Both the position numbers and the translations under genes were made by a program. A stretch of 63,973 nt of DNA, filler included, from Vannella sp. (Eukaryota), in the NCBI GenBank assembly GCA_023345925.1. It is 9 parts of 9 records of this genome, joined end to end, with 100 filler letters (N's around TTAATTAATTAA, not from the genome) between each part and the next. Parts side by side here need not be neighbours in the genome. Positions count along the whole stretch, not along the records: positions 8,228 to 15,953 come from JAJQQN010001160.1; positions 16,054 to 25,184 come from JAJQQN010001052.1; 7 more parts are not named here. One strand, given 5' to 3'. Every line of letters starts with the position of its first letter. Position 1 is the stretch's first letter. The notes below the pieces were generated by a model. That model saw nothing but the letters and a program-made list of their open reading frames with translations, was not told where the DNA came from and did no database searches. Positions 12,288 to 25,184 of this stretch are shown piece by piece.

Positions 12288-13769
12288 TTATAAGACACTT
12301 TTTAGTTCCTCAGGGGGAAGGTCTTGCTTGGGATGAGGGGACTTGTGGAAGTCTCTGCATGGTTGGAAACATGTCAAATAGACTTGTCGCCGATCAACAA
12401 CGATGAAAAGAACACTCATGAATGTGCTGAAGACGACTACGCCGGCTAGGACAAAGAAAACTTTGGCCCATCCCAAGTTCGTATCCGAAAGTGCTCCCAT
12501 TTGACCACTTAGCATCGCCACGAGTGATCCAAACCCATCCAAAAGAGCACATACAGTTGCACAGATCTTCTTACCACCAAATCGAACGCTCATGGCAGCG
12601 CTAGGCAAAGTAAACGGTCCCAGAAGGAGCAGAGCGGAGAGTGCGATGAGAACAAGATACACTTCGATCGAGTTCAGTGGTGAAGAAGGGAACATGTTCA
12701 GTACGCCAATAGCAGAGAGAACCAAAGCTAGCCCTGAAAGGGCAATCGGCATCACAAAGTTGCGCGCATTGGGAGAGAGTTTGTCGTTCAACCAGCCCAC
12801 TACGAGGGCTGAGAACCCACCAAAAACGACGAAAACAAAGAAGCCAACGTTTGCAAGGGAGTAAGAACAACCAGTCTGTTGGACAAGGAACTCTGGAATC
12901 CAATCGAGGAAGATTTGCTGGGTCAGATACAGTCCCATGTACAGTATTAGCATGACCCAGAAGCAAGCAGAAGACGTGATAGCGCCGAAGACTTCGTAAG
13001 CTGTTGCTGGTGCGCTGTCGTCCCCAGAATCTCCAAAAACATTTCCAGGATCTGCCTTTGGTTCATCATATCCCAGGAGATTGGGTGATTCTCGGATGCC
13101 AAGGACCGCAAATGGGATGGCTATGAGCATGGTGCCAGAGCCAATCCAGTAGAGAGTCTGCCAGCTGAATCCCAAGTACACAAAGAAGTCGAGATAGAAC
13201 AGGGAGAATGCACTTCCAAACAAATAGGACAAGGAGAGGACAGCCAGTGCTTTCCCCATCTCGTTATGGTCAAACCATCTGCTGGCAATCTTCACCACTG
13301 CTGGCCAGGGGAAGCTCATGCCAATGCGGACTAAGGACCACGTGAATGTCCACCACCAGAGGGACGTAGACAGAGGGAAGAGTACGCCACCAAGTAGAAT
13401 GGACAAGAGGCCTCCAATGATCACATTCTTACCGCCTAAACGGTCAACTACGAAGCCGCTGAGGAGCTTGGGGATGGCTCTTGCTCCCATGGAGATCGTT
13501 AGGACCCGCCCAATCTCCGCGTTGGAGTAACCAAGCTCAGAAGTGAACTGAGGAGTGGCCACACTGAAGCAGTTGTTCACAAAGTACGCAGCAGAGTAAG
13601 CCATCAAGAGAATGGCGATGGTGAAGAGCTTCCAAACCCGGAATCCAGGGCAGGGAGACTGGATAGCCACGTCAGGCAGTGTCAAAAGGTCAACACCTTC
13701 AACTCTGTAGCACTTTTCGCTCACCAAAGCGATTGTGACTTCCACTTCCACTCCCAGGTCGTCGTCCAT
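12288..13769 (-). CDS. MFS transporter, organophosphate:Pi antiporter (GlpT/SLC37)-like
   Basis: About 12 hydrophobic segments; SGFVVDRLG, WPAVVKIASRWF and GWLNDKL motifs. Confidence 0.85.
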   Translation of the reverse strand: MDDDLGVEVEVTIALVSEKCYRVEGVDLLTLPDVAIQSPCPGFRVWKLFTIAILLMAYSAAYFVNNCFSVATPQFTSELGYSNAEIGRVLTISMGARAIPKLLSGFVVDRLGGKNVIIGGLLSILLGGVLFPLSTSLWWWTFTWSLVRIGMSFPWPAVVKIASRWFDHNEMGKALAVLSLSYLFGSAFSLFYLDFFVYLGFSWQTLYWIGSGTMLIAIPFAVLGIRESPNLLGYDEPKADPGNVFGDSGDDSAPATAYEVFGAITSSACFWVMLILYMGLYLTQQIFLDWIPEFLVQQTGCSYSLANVGFFVFVVFGGFSALVVGWLNDKLSPNARNFVMPIALSGLALVLSAIGVLNMFPSSPLNSIEVYLVLIALSALLLLGPFTLPSAAMSVRFGGKKICATVCALLDGFGSLVAMLSGQMGALSDTNLGWAKVFFVLAGVVVFSTFMSVLFIVVDRRQVYLTCFQPCRDFHKSPHPKQDLPPEELKSVL

Positions 13770-14017
13770 CACGAGAATGAACCAAAACCCCTCTTTTGGG
13801 ATGGCTAGGCTCATTTCCAAGAACGACACTCAGCCACCTCACTCTTCACTTGACCCAGCAATGGAGACTGAGCTCATCCTATGAACCAATCAACAAACAT
13901 GATGTCCTTGTCCCTCTGCGAACGGGCCGCTGTCTCTGCGTTCATGTTTGGTGTTGTTGGAGTAGCCAAGGTGATCCAATGGCATACACACCGAGCTATG
14001 TTCTTTTGAGTGTCTAA

Positions 14018-15685
14018 ATGTACTCCTTCCACGACCCTTTCCCTTTGCTGTCGACTCTGGAACTCTTACTTGGAGGCAACCGTCCCTTCCAGTCCCCAGA
14101 CCAGCTCAATGAGCCATTACCCCCTCCAAGCGTAAGCTCTCCAGTCCCCACCAATAGACAGTGTCCGAAGTCCCTCCTTCATCACAAACCTCCCTTTGCT
14201 CAGTCGACTGGCCCTTTGTCGGAAGTGCAGACGTCAGTACAGAGCGGGTCTGATGAGAGGGGAATTAGAGAGGGAAGGGGGCAAAAGGGGGCAAAAGGGG
14301 CATTTCTTTCGAGCATGTTCGGTGGGATACCTCCTCCTTCCTCCCCATTCTGCAACTGTCACCATGCTGTAAGGACGTCTGTTCAGGAAGGGAAGTTGAG
14401 TGGGGAGAACGGTCCCCTCTGGCCCCATCAAGCGGAAGCCTTGCAGGCGATCTACCGCGACTTTTTTGAACGTCCAGACGAGACAGGGGAGCAGAAGTTC
14501 TCGTTGGTTGTGATGCCTACTGGGACTGGCAAGTCTTTGGTCATTGTACTAGCACCCTACATGCTCAACTGTGCCAAGGTTCTGGTGATTACGCCTTCCG
14601 TAGTCATCTCCAAACAACTTCTCTTCGACTTCCAGGGAGGCCTGACCCCCACAGGAGAGGCAACTCACCCTCTACTCACTCGCATATGCCCCCAAACATG
14701 GCCTGTGAACACAGTAGAACGGTATCAGCCACAAGGCTTCCCAGTCAACTGCGCCAGCGATCTTCTGGGCATCCCCGTTCAGCAGCCTCAACTGGTGGTA
14801 GTCAACGCCCAGAAGCTAGGAGAGACCTCCCACATAGCCATCTCCCAGATCCCCCCGATCTTCGACCTCATCATCGTCGACGAGGCCCACCACTTCCCTG
14901 CCGTGACTTGGCGCAACATTGTTGCACACTTTCAGAACGCCAAGGTGCTCTTGATGACGGCTACCCCGTACAACAAGACTGCTTGCAAGCTTACCCAGTC
15001 GAAGACAGCTTACATCCTTGACCGTCAACCTCCTGCCTACCAGTTTAGTCGAGTGGAGGCCATGAGACAGAGGATCATCCGGCCCATCTCTCCTATCTAT
15101 GTGGAAGAGAGAGTCTTGTTGGGAGGCCCAGAGCCAGAATCAGAGAGAGATGGAGAGATTCGAGCGGTTATCTTGCGCACCCTCGAGGAGTTGGATGAAC
15201 ACGACCAAATAGACTCCTCCAGAGGCCACCAAGCGATGGTTATCACCCACACAAAGGAGGAAGCAGTCAGGATTGCGGAAATTGCCAACGCTCATGGAGT
15301 ATCTGAACTTCCTGAAGATCTGATTGCCGCTGTCTTCTTGGATGGCACTCCCGGCCAGGTCCTCAAAGACTTCTCTAAACCCGATGGTCAGAAACATAGA
15401 GGAACCCCGCGCATTCTGATAGTCTGTGCCCGGCTTCTGGAGGGATACGACAACAAGAACATCTCTGTTTGTGTGATTCTCAGGAACATCTCTCGGCAGA
15501 GCGCCGTCCTCTTCGCTCAATTCATCGGCCGTTGTCTTCGCCGTCACCAGGACGATCTCGATATAGTGGAAGCAAAGATGATTACCCACATCGTCCACAA
15601 ACAGCAATCCAACTTCGAAGCCTTCTGCGACGAAGAAGCCATGGGCCTTCCTGAAGATGAGCCGGAGGAATTCCACGGTTATTAA
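14018..15685 (+). CDS. Superfamily-2 DExH helicase, ResIII/Irc3-like, intronless
   Basis: LWPHQAEAL (Q motif), MPTGTGKS, IIVDEAHH, MTATP, LLEGYD and QFIGRCLR. The start codon is uncertain. Confidence 0.9.
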   Translation: MYSFHDPFPLLSTLELLLGGNRPFQSPDQLNEPLPPPSVSSPVPTNRQCPKSLLHHKPPFAQSTGPLSEVQTSVQSGSDERGIREGRGQKGAKGAFLSSMFGGIPPPSSPFCNCHHAVRTSVQEGKLSGENGPLWPHQAEALQAIYRDFFERPDETGEQKFSLVVMPTGTGKSLVIVLAPYMLNCAKVLVITPSVVISKQLLFDFQGGLTPTGEATHPLLTRICPQTWPVNTVERYQPQGFPVNCASDLLGIPVQQPQLVVVNAQKLGETSHIAISQIPPIFDLIIVDEAHHFPAVTWRNIVAHFQNAKVLLMTATPYNKTACKLTQSKTAYILDRQPPAYQFSRVEAMRQRIIRPISPIYVEERVLLGGPEPESERDGEIRAVILRTLEELDEHDQIDSSRGHQAMVITHTKEEAVRIAEIANAHGVSELPEDLIAAVFLDGTPGQVLKDFSKPDGQKHRGTPRILIVCARLLEGYDNKNISVCVILRNISRQSAVLFAQFIGRCLRRHQDDLDIVEAKMITHIVHKQQSNFEAFCDEEAMGLPEDEPEEFHGY

Positions 15686-16053
15686 ACACTTGTCCACATC
15701 CTCATCTTCATTCCTCTTGGCGCATATGAAGCGTTTCCTTCATTCCATCCTTTGACTTCCCTTCCTCTCCTTCCTCTCCTCCTCCTCCATCCGACATCTG
15801 CTCCAATCCATGGATTGATACCCTTCCCATGGGCCAAAGTACGTCCTCACTTCCATCACCAAACCACTCTTTCTCACGACAACCACTTCATTACCGCCAT
15901 CCAGTGGTGGCCCATCAAAAGGATTATTCAGGTATTCTGGGTGAAAGCGGTTCNNNNNNNNNNNNNNNNNNNNNNNNNNNNNNNNNNNNNNNNNNNNTTA
16001 ATTAATTAANNNNNNNNNNNNNNNNNNNNNNNNNNNNNNNNNNNNNNNNNNNN

Positions 16054-16895
16054 CGAAACTATAGACTTATGGACTGTTGCTGCGACTTCGAGCTCATTCC
16101 CTCCAAGAGACTTATGCGGATGCGCACCCAGAGTACGTGAAGATCTCTGTGGAGATTGTCAGGTCTCTATGTCAAGCAGCAGGTGTATTTGAGTACATTC
16201 GGGATGTGGAGTTGGCTCGATGGACTCAAAAGCCGGTGGAAGCCATCCCAGAAAAGTATACTGAGTTCTATTCTGTTCTCAGTATGATGTCCCTTGCTGA
16301 AGCGGAGCAAGTCATGATTAAGAAGTCATTCTTGGCTAGTATGAGCTGTAAAGCAATTGCTGTCATCTGCATGGACGTCTTTGAGAAGTACCGATACACT
16401 GCTGGGCTTCTTCTTTCGCCAGGCTTTACCGATACCTTCACCCTGATTAACGTCCACACCTATGCCTCGTTTAATTGCAAGATGTACGAACTTTTTGCGT
16501 TCAAAATGACGGCTTACGAGTCCATCAGACAAGGGTAATTCAAATTCCAAAGCTCCCCCAAAGACTGACTCCCGCTTAGAGAGTACGGCAAGGCGCTGGG
16601 CTACTTTGAATGGGGGTTTCAGAGAGCTGGAAACTTTGACAGACGAACGAACGACAAGTCTTTTGACGCCACTCGGTTAAGATACAGTATCGAGGGACAA
16701 TTGGAAGAGACCCAAAGGATGTATAAGGACACCCAGAAGGAGAACTGCTTAATCGGATTTGAGCCAGTAGTTCCTATCTTAAAATTGGAGCCCATTGTAG
16801 GGCGCGAAATAGCGAAACCTATGGCCTACACTCCCCCTTCTGCTCGTTGGATCGAAATGTCCGCAGCAGAAAAGTCCTCCTGCTCCATCATGTGA
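16054..16895 (+). CDS. BRO1-domain protein with CAAX (BROX-like), 5' partial
   Basis: SLAEAEQVMIKK, EYGKALGYF, KENCLIGFEPV and C-terminal CSIM; one intron near 16535-16579. Confidence 0.75.
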
Positions 16896-16912
16896 ACACC
16901 TCTTTATACAAA

Positions 16913-18624
16913 TTAATCTTCGTTGATAAGCAAAACCTGCCGTTCCTCCTCATCTTTAGTGGAAGCGTTGGACTTTGGCAATTCTGTGATAAGTCCCCAC
17001 GCTCCCACCGCAGCGATAGCTGCCAAAACACCTCCAACAGCTGGCTTATATCAGAGAATAGAAGTATGAGGAACTGCGAGAACATACCAATACCATAAGT
17101 GACAGAGCCAGTGACTTGAATTGCTATCGAGGCCAAAAAATTGGCGGTTATCTGGGCACTCACTTGTGTGGTATTGAGCAATCCACAGTAACGCCCAGTA
17201 TCTTCTCGGGATGTTAATTCTCCCACTAATGAGTAAGGAATGACGTAAAAGGAAGCGCTAATGACTCCAGTGATTGCAAACACGATCTCAGCAGGAATTG
17301 GTTGGGACACTTGAGGAATAATAGGTATGATAAAGCAGATAGAACCAACGGCAAATGCAGCGCTGAACGTTAACTAAAGACGATATAAGCAAGAATCCCC
17401 AAAAGGGAACAACATATTCTACCTTTGTACCCAATTTCCGCAGGAGCGTTGGTAGAATAGGAGAGTATAAGAAGGCGACCACCTGCATCAGACAGAATCC
17501 CAGTGCACCCATTCTAACACCCTCTTGGAAGTTGTCGTAGGATTCAGTACCAACGGGAGCATTGGCATCACCACTGCCCTTTCTGTGAGCTTTCAAGCAT
17601 CAGCAAATAAATGCGGTCAAACTCACTGATACACTTCCTGACCAAAATATTGCGTAAAATAGAACTGAAAGGGAGAGAAAGAACCGAATGCGAAGAACAT
17701 AACGCAGACCAATCGAATGATGGACGAAGGCATGTTGACAAAGAACATCTGAAGACTTGTAAGCTTCCTTTCCTAGCTTCAGGGAGACTAACCTTGACAT
17801 CAGTAAAACCTCTCGATATGAGAGAAGCCTTCTTTGTCCCTTCAATAGCACGACGTTTGGGGACAAATCGTTTCTCCTTCCCGGCAATTAGAGTGGGAAT
17901 GAGAGTGACGATGACTGTGATGACACCAATATAGAGAAGGGCATGGGCATCATCTTGAAAGAAGGGCAAGAACCGAGTCAGATTCACGAAGCCAAGAAGG
18001 TTCGTAATAATGCCTGAAAGTGCAGAAAGGGTTGAGATGATGGCATTGCCCATCTTCTGTTGCTTCACAGTACACATCTCGATGGATAGAGCGGATCCTG
18101 GGCCTTGCATAACGTTCAGGCCAATGTTCAACACCCAAAGAGAGGCCAAAGCGAACACAATTTGGGCGGTTTGGTTTGTGTCAGAGATCCATTGGGGGTT
18201 GGCGAAGCACACTAAGCCCACACTTGCAGAGATAGCTCCAGCAGTAATGAACACTCGACGGCGCCCCCACCTTGTCTCGGTCCGTCACTAAACAGTCAAC
18301 AATCGACAAGAGCGGACTCACCTTCCCTCGTAACGGTCGGAGATCGCTCCTACCAGAGGCTGGAAGATCAACCCCGATACAGGACCAGCTAACCAAGCAA
18401 AGGAAGTCTGAATAGGACTCAATCTTCCACCCATTAGCCCCTCCCAGTCTCCGATCACCCTTTGCAGCTTACCCGAGGGAGATGAAGAGGGGCGTCCCCA
18501 ACACAAACTCTGCATTGAACCCAAAAGTAACACCAAACGTCCACATGCACACGCAAACCAGCCGGAAGAACCCAATCTCCTCCACCTCCTCTCTGTCCTC
18601 GTCCTCTTCGCTTCCCACCCCCAT
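16913..18624 (-). CDS. SUT/SLC45-family sugar:H+ symporter (multi-exon)
   Basis: WLAGPVSGLIFQPLVGAISDR, WGRRRVFI, NVMQGP, EGVRMGALG and GRYCGLLN motifs. Confidence 0.9.
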
Positions 18625-18706
18625 CAAAAGAATTGGAATTAAAAACTGATTCGAACACTTATAAAGAAAGCTTTGGGAAAGCTCATTTTATCTCGGTCGT
18701 TAGGAG

Positions 18707-21700
18707 ATGTCGGGCGACGCCCGCCGGCCTTCGACGCTCACTGGTATGGAGGTCAAGGACGCGATGGATAATCTCCGGAGCGGGAAGAAGGAGCGGAGGA
18801 AGTCTCTTACGCTGCGTGAGACTGCTCCCGGTTCTGGACTGTTGGCTCCACGGAGCCCGCGAAGTAAGGGCGCTAGGGCTCCTTCTCCTGTTCGCTCGCC
18901 ACGAGAGTCATCCGACGACGAGCCAGAAGTCTCCTCTTCGAGTTCTAGGTTGCGCCCAGCTCCCATGCAGTTTACCCACAACTCTCAGATGCCCGGTTAC
19001 CTCTCATCGTCTCTATCCCAGCCCAACTCGCCCTTTCGAAGGCGCAAGGAGAAGATCAAGGAGTCGATGAGTGGGCTCTTCAAAGGTGGCATGAACTGGG
19101 CTGTTTCGCCGAAGAAGGCTCTTTCCCCAAGAAAGGGCAACTTAGGCGATTACGACGTGGCAAAGGTGTGCCTTTTACAGCGATACTGGCGCTCTGTATT
19201 AGCTCGGCGTGTTGTGCAGTCGTTTAAAGACGCGGCAGCACTTGCGGGGGTTCAGCAGTCCCTTCAGCACATCTTGAAGAGCGAGACAGGCTATATGCAG
19301 TGCTTAGTTACTCTCAGGGACCTCTACTTCTATCGAGAACACGTTCCTATTGAGCCTACGTCCAAACGCAAGTCAATAACGAACAGTTCGGGAACGATTT
19401 CGCCGAACTCTCGGCGTGGTCCCCGCCAGAGTACTCTTGCGAGCACTCAGAAGCGTCAATCTACATTACCTCCGACGCCAGTGTTGCCTGAGATGGCTGA
19501 CAAGCTCTTTCCCAACTTGCTGGGGACTATTGAACTGCACAGCAGCTTCATTGCCAAGCTGACATCCGGGTTGGCCCGCTGGCCCATCTTCAACTTCTCC
19601 TGCTTGCTTGAAGAACACTACCGCAAGATGGTTTCCTTCTATGCTAACCTGCCTGAGGATCTAAGGCGATCTGAGGAGACGCTCATCAAGCTTCAAGAAA
19701 AACCAATCTTCCAGGAGTTCTGCACGGCTATCTCAAAGGAGCATCCCCCTCCTTTGCAAAAGAGACCGCTTAAGTCTCTGTTGACCTCTCCTTTGTCTCA
19801 TCTTTACGATCTGGAAGATCACTGCAAGGCTATTCCCAACTTTCTTCATCCGAATGCTCTTCTCTTTCGCCAAGCTGCGACCACCTCTTTGATGAGTGTT
19901 AACATGGCAACTTTCTTACAAGAAAATATGGACCGAATAGACTGTGAGAAGACCATTGTCGCGATCCAGTCCAAGTTAGCAACTAAGCTCCAACTGGAAC
20001 CCTCCGCCACTCGCCGGTTTGTTCGCGAGAGAACGATGAAGTTTGGGAAGAAGAAGAGCTGCAGGGTTTTCTTGCTTTCAGATGTCCTCCTGGTCACATA
20101 CAGCAAAATGGGAGCTCTCAAACTCCTCGGCCAGTACGACCTCCGTCGAGTGAAAGTTTCCAAACTTCGCCGTGTTCCTCACGAGGATGGCACAATGGAC
20201 TTCTCCTATTCTCTAACTGTTTCAAGCAGCAAAGAGAAAGAATCTTTTCGTTGTCGGGAGTCTGGAACAACGGGATTACCTCTCACTTTGGTTTTCTTTT
20301 TGGAAGACGCCTTAAAGAGAGTCCGCGACCCAATCTTTGGGGTTTCACTCTCTAAGGCTATGCCCAAACCTCACATGATCCCTGAAATCCTCCGAAAGAC
20401 AATCTATCACTTGGACAAGGCGCAAGAAAAAGACATCATGTTCCGCCGGCCCGGTAACCCTACCATGGTTATGCAACTCCGTCTCAATGAATGTAAGTCG
20501 AAAGGGGAATCGACATTTGCTATTGCCTAACTCTCCTTGAAGCCCTCATGAAGAACAACGATTTGGGTAGCAACCATCGCGACGACATTGCGGATTTACT
20601 TGTGATGTTCCTTGAGACACTTCCCGGGGGTTTAGTTCAAGCAGAGCTTCTTTATGGAGTTCCTGAGCTCGAAAAAGAGTTCATTGGAACCTCCAGGGAA
20701 GCTGGAGCAGTGGAAAAGGTGAAAACTGTGCTAGCTGAGATGAACGGGCGACAAAGTCACGTACTTGAGTATATTACTTACTTCCTCCATCGATTGATTG
20801 GTTCTGGCAAACTGAATGCCTTTGAATTAGCCTTCTCATTCAGCCGCCTCGTCATTAAGGATAAGAAGGGGCACACAGCAGAATACTGTGCCCATTTACC
20901 TGTCTTAACGAGGGTAATGGAGCTAATCATTTGCCATCGAGCAACTTTCTTTTGCGCCCCTTTACCTAAGGGTCAAGCCACAGTACAGTTACCTTCAACA
21001 GTCGCAGAATTTCTGGTTGCAGACGAGTTTGGGACCTGGTGGAAGCTCTTTAGAGAGAATAGCTCGGAATTGGCCGCCTTTCTCACATCGCCGGGACCTC
21101 TGCTGGATCTCCTCAAGAACATGGCTGCCGCTAATTTGGACGACCCTTCGTCCCAAGTGACAGCAGAGCTCTCTGCAAATATTTTAAGGACGGATTGCAT
21201 CGCCCAAATCATCGTCGAGGATGAGAAGCGTCTAAGAACCGTTCTGGAAGTGATCGAAGAGGAAGGCGTTTCCGAAGCTGGTATGAGATGGACCATTCGC
21301 CTACTTCTGACCCTCTTCCAAGCGGATGCAGAGAGGATTAGTGACTTCCTGCGCCATTCAGATCATAATCAAAAGCTTGTATCAAGGATAAGCTATGGAA
21401 ACATCAGCACTTTCATGTCTGACGTTATCAAGAGAAGCGCGGGAAAGTCCGAGCTTTTCTCGCTTATCTCTTCGTGGTGCGTTTTGGCTTTTGATCAGCT
21501 TCTCGTGTCTGTGTATTCTCTGGAGAATAACACGCTTTCCAATTCGGTTCAATTCTTACAAAGCGCACTCTCTGAGGAGACTTTCCTCACCTCAGAAGCC
21601 TTTGCAAAGTTCCAACATCATTTGACCTCTCCCAAGCTACAACAATTGATCGATAAGGCTCTTAGCGGCTCTGACAAGGCAACTGCATGTGAGATTCACA

Positions 21701-22572
21701 CAGCCATTAGCTCTCTCATTGCTCTTAAAGAACTGTCAGTGGAGAGTAACATCCCCGCCTCCTCTTCAAGGCTGAATCTCGACGAGATTGCCTCAACGCA
21801 AGAGATGAATCCGTCCCGCTCCTTCCGTCAGATCCCGGCCAAGTGGATCTCTGAGTCTTCACAGATTCCCGATGAAGAAGAGTCTGATGAGGAAGAAGAT
21901 GACGAGGAGAACGATGAAATCTCTGTCATGGTCAGTGAACAAGTGGACGTCGACACCGAATCTACTTTCAACATTCCCATCGCCGTCGTCGAGTCACCGC
22001 AACGGAGGGTTTTGCACCGCGGTTCTTGCTCCTTCTCCTGGACCGAAAACATTGGTTCCATTGTCAACTCCAAGACAGACATCGAACGGACGAACCTTTT
22101 GTCCATCTTCCTCCAACAACACGAAAAGATCACTTCCCTCCTTGCAGACGGCGATGGAGCCGGTGTTTTAGGTCGCTTCCGCTTGGGTTTGCTACGCATC
22201 ATCCAAGTCACTTTGTTTGCATGTGATGAGAAGATCGTCCAGTTATTGGCGAAGACCAAGTTGCTCACAATATTTGTGCGAACCTTTTTCGCCTTTCCCG
22301 CCAACAACTTGGCCCATCACGTGATTCAGGACACCGTTTCAGGTATTCTCCAGAGGAACAATGACACACTAGTCTTCCTCCTCTTGTTAGAGACTCCTCT
22401 TGTCTCTGAAATCCTGCGCGTTCTGCTTTTGCCCCCAGAAGAACGCCCCCTTTCTTATGGGCATGTCCTTCTGATGGCGCAAGCACTGCGAGACAATACT
22501 TCCGCCTCTACATGGCTCTCTCACAATACGACATTCGGTCCCCCGTGGGCCAAGGCCTCGTCAACCATCTGA
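18707..22572 (+). CDS. IQ-DH-PH-RhoGAP protein with C-terminal SAPS/PP6R-like region
   Basis: Intron 20493-20542 joins the two ORFs in frame (..NE-S-LMK..). Motifs: LQRYWRSVLAR (IQ), HILKSETGYMQCL (DH), VFLLSDVLLV (PH), IFGVSL..IPEIL..MFRRPG (RhoGAP), FFAFPANNLAH and SYGHVLLMA (SAPS-like). Confidence 0.75.
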
Positions 22573-22693
22573 AGAGAGGAAACCCGTTCCCAAGTCCGTT
22601 CTGTATCATCATATGCGCGCCTCCTGCGTGCCGATTCTCATTTTTAAAGCAAATGGCTTCACTCTCTTATCATTTCAACTTGTCTGCGCCTTG

Positions 22694-23609
22694 CTAGAGG
22701 TGGTTCAGAGGCTGTCGGGGATGGGGACGGTGGAAGAGGGCTCCTTCTTGGGTGGTGGAGGCTTCGTTGATGCATCCTAACGAGCTGGAGGACTTGACTA
22801 CGCACCACTTGTGGTAGTATAACAACTGGAAGTCCAGGGTGAAGCATCCGCAAGAGATTCTGGCGTCATCGCAGGGAGAGAAGAACAAGCAAAGGGAGAA
22901 CAGCCCGTGGGGCTCACAGCCAGTCCACTACTCTCGTGTGAGCTACAGTGGAAGCGCTCCCCCCTTCGTGAACCAACCTCCAACGCCTTGATGAGCGCGA
23001 TGGTTGCATTAACCGTTTCCGGAGTCAAAAGGAGGATCTCCAACACGGTGTCGTCGTCCAAGCAGTATCCTCCATCCTCAGCAAGCTCTACACAGACTCA
23101 GCTTAATCAAGGCCAACAGGAGGAGCGCTAGCGTACCAGGAAGGGTGGTTTGGGCGGACCAAATGGTAACTCCGTCTAAAGTGACGCGAACGGTGACATT
23201 CTGGACGTTCCAAGTCAATCAGAGGACAGTTTGGTGTACGTTAAAGTTGGTTCTTACGCTGAAGAAGTCCCCCAGCTGGTCGATCTCAACGTGGAGGCAG
23301 ATCTCGCTGACGATCAACTTGATGCAAGCTTTGAAGGGCTCCCCATCCTTCGCGTTGAACTGGAGTGATCTCATCTTCAGGGAATAAGCCAAACTCTCTT
23401 CTATGAAGAAGAAGAACTCACCGCAGAGGTAAACATGGCGATCTCAGCCAGATCTGTCGCGCATTCGGTGGCGTTTGACACCTTTTCACACGGGTGGCGA
23501 GGTCTGGGAGCTCATCAGGTACTTTGAAGCGAGGATATTTAACATACGACTCAGAAGCAAACGACAGCGCGATCAAACACAGAACAACCAACAACGTTGC
23601 TCTCGCCAT
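22694..23609 (-). CDS. Secreted Cys-containing hypothetical protein (multi-exon)
   Basis: Signal peptide MARATLLVVLCLIALSFA and several short GT-AG introns. The exon path and 3' end are uncertain. Confidence 0.5.
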
Positions 23610-23828
23610 GCCCGAAAAAGTGTTGGAATTTTCGCTCAGAAGTTTGCCTTCGCCTGGCATCTTCCAACCGCCAGCTTGTAAAATCCCTTCATAGGAGAGT
23701 TTTCTGAGTGCTGGGGAAATAGAAAGCAAAGGCGAATTGTTCTATTTTTAGGGCACTTCAGTGATTGGATGGGGTGTCTTGGAGGTCTCTTGAGCTGAGA
23801 GACATTATTTGCCAGCAAAGACACTCTA

Positions 23829-24389
23829 ATGACGGAATACAAACTTGTGATTGTGGGAGGAGGAGGAGTTGGCAAGTCTGCTTTGACTATTCAGCTCATC
23901 CAGAACCAGTTCATTGATGAGTACGATCCCACCATTGAGGACTCCTACCGAAAGCAAGTTAGCATTGACGACGAGACCTGCTTGCTTGACATCCTCGATA
24001 CTGCTGGCCAGGAAGAATACTCTGCCATGCGAGATTCGTACATGAGAACCGGCCAAGGTTTCCTGTGCACCTACGCTATCACCTCCCGAACCTCCTTTGA
24101 TGAGATCACCACCTTTAGGGAGCATATCCTCCGTGTAAAAGATGAGGACAGCGTGCCCATGGTTCTGATTGGGAACAAATGTGATTTGGAAGACGAACGC
24201 CAAGTCTCAACCGCAGAGAGCCAGGATTTGGCCAAGTCTTTTGGATGTCCTATCTACGAGTGCTCCGCAAAAGCCCGAATCAATGTCGAAGATGCCTTCT
24301 ACCAACTCGTCCGAGAGATTCGGAAAGTGAATCACAAGAATCCTTCCATGGTCAAGGGCAAGAAGAAGGGTGCTTGCTCTCTGCTATAA
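23829..24389 (+). CDS. RAS: Ras small GTPase (RasG/RasD-like)
   Basis: [37 protein letters not shown] and CAAX CSLL. Confidence 0.99.
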   Translation: MTEYKLVIVGGGGVGKSALTIQLIQNQFIDEYDPTIEDSYRKQVSIDDETCLLDILDTAGQEEYSAMRDSYMRTGQGFLCTYAITSRTSFDEITTFREHILRVKDEDSVPMVLIGNKCDLEDERQVSTAESQDLAKSFGCPIYECSAKARINVEDAFYQLVREIRKVNHKNPSMVKGKKKGACSLL

Positions 24390-24515
24390 ATCAACAGTCT
24401 TTTGTACCAATAAACCGTTAAACCGTCTAATCTCTTTGAAGGCACTCAGGTCAGGTCAAAGATCTTCTGGTTCTTGAGATTTAGCCAGGAGTGCCCGTTT
24501 ATCAATTTGAATCCA

Positions 24516-25184
24516 TCATGCAGACCCAGGAGTGATTTTTGTGAAGACGATAGCAAAGGTGGTGGCGCAGAAGATACCAAAGTTGAGGAAAAAGGACTAA
24601 ATCAAGTCAGAAGCCATTCTCTTTCACTCGCTGAAGTCATTACCATCATTATTCCAGCAGTCTGCTGCTCATCAGAGGAGACCTTGCTGGGAGCATACAT
24701 CATGGCCAAGGCTAGAAGTGGGTCAGGCGGGGAGGAAGACGTGCATTAAATGGGAAACGCACTCCCAAGAAACCCGTTTGATAGCGCGCAGAGCACATTG
24801 ATGGCATAGAGACACAACTCGGGCTGCGGGAACACAGAAAGAACACAGAGTATCACCAACGGGAAGAATATAACTCGCCCCAAAGCAGGAGGCCATACCC
24901 ACTTAGAAGGAATAACAAAGACATAAGGAAGTGATCTTCCTATCATATCAAAAACGTTGAATTCGAGCTGGGAGAGCCTTTGAGTGCAACAAAAATGCGT
25001 CGTGAAGATACGTACGGGAACAATTAGATTAAACCAATCTGTACTCGCATAATTTGTGGGAACTTGAAGCATCAGACCAGGGAACAAGCTCAAAGTCACA
25101 AAGAAAGTAAACCAAACGCTACCCGCGTCCACCCAGATCTTCTTCAGAATGGCCCAGTAATAAGACAGACTCCTTCCACCCTTT
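24516..25184 (-). CDS. Equilibrative nucleoside transporter (SLC29), 5' partial
   Basis: FFVTLSLFPG, FNVFDMIGR, SNGFLG and MMYAP..TAGIMM motifs. Confidence 0.9.
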
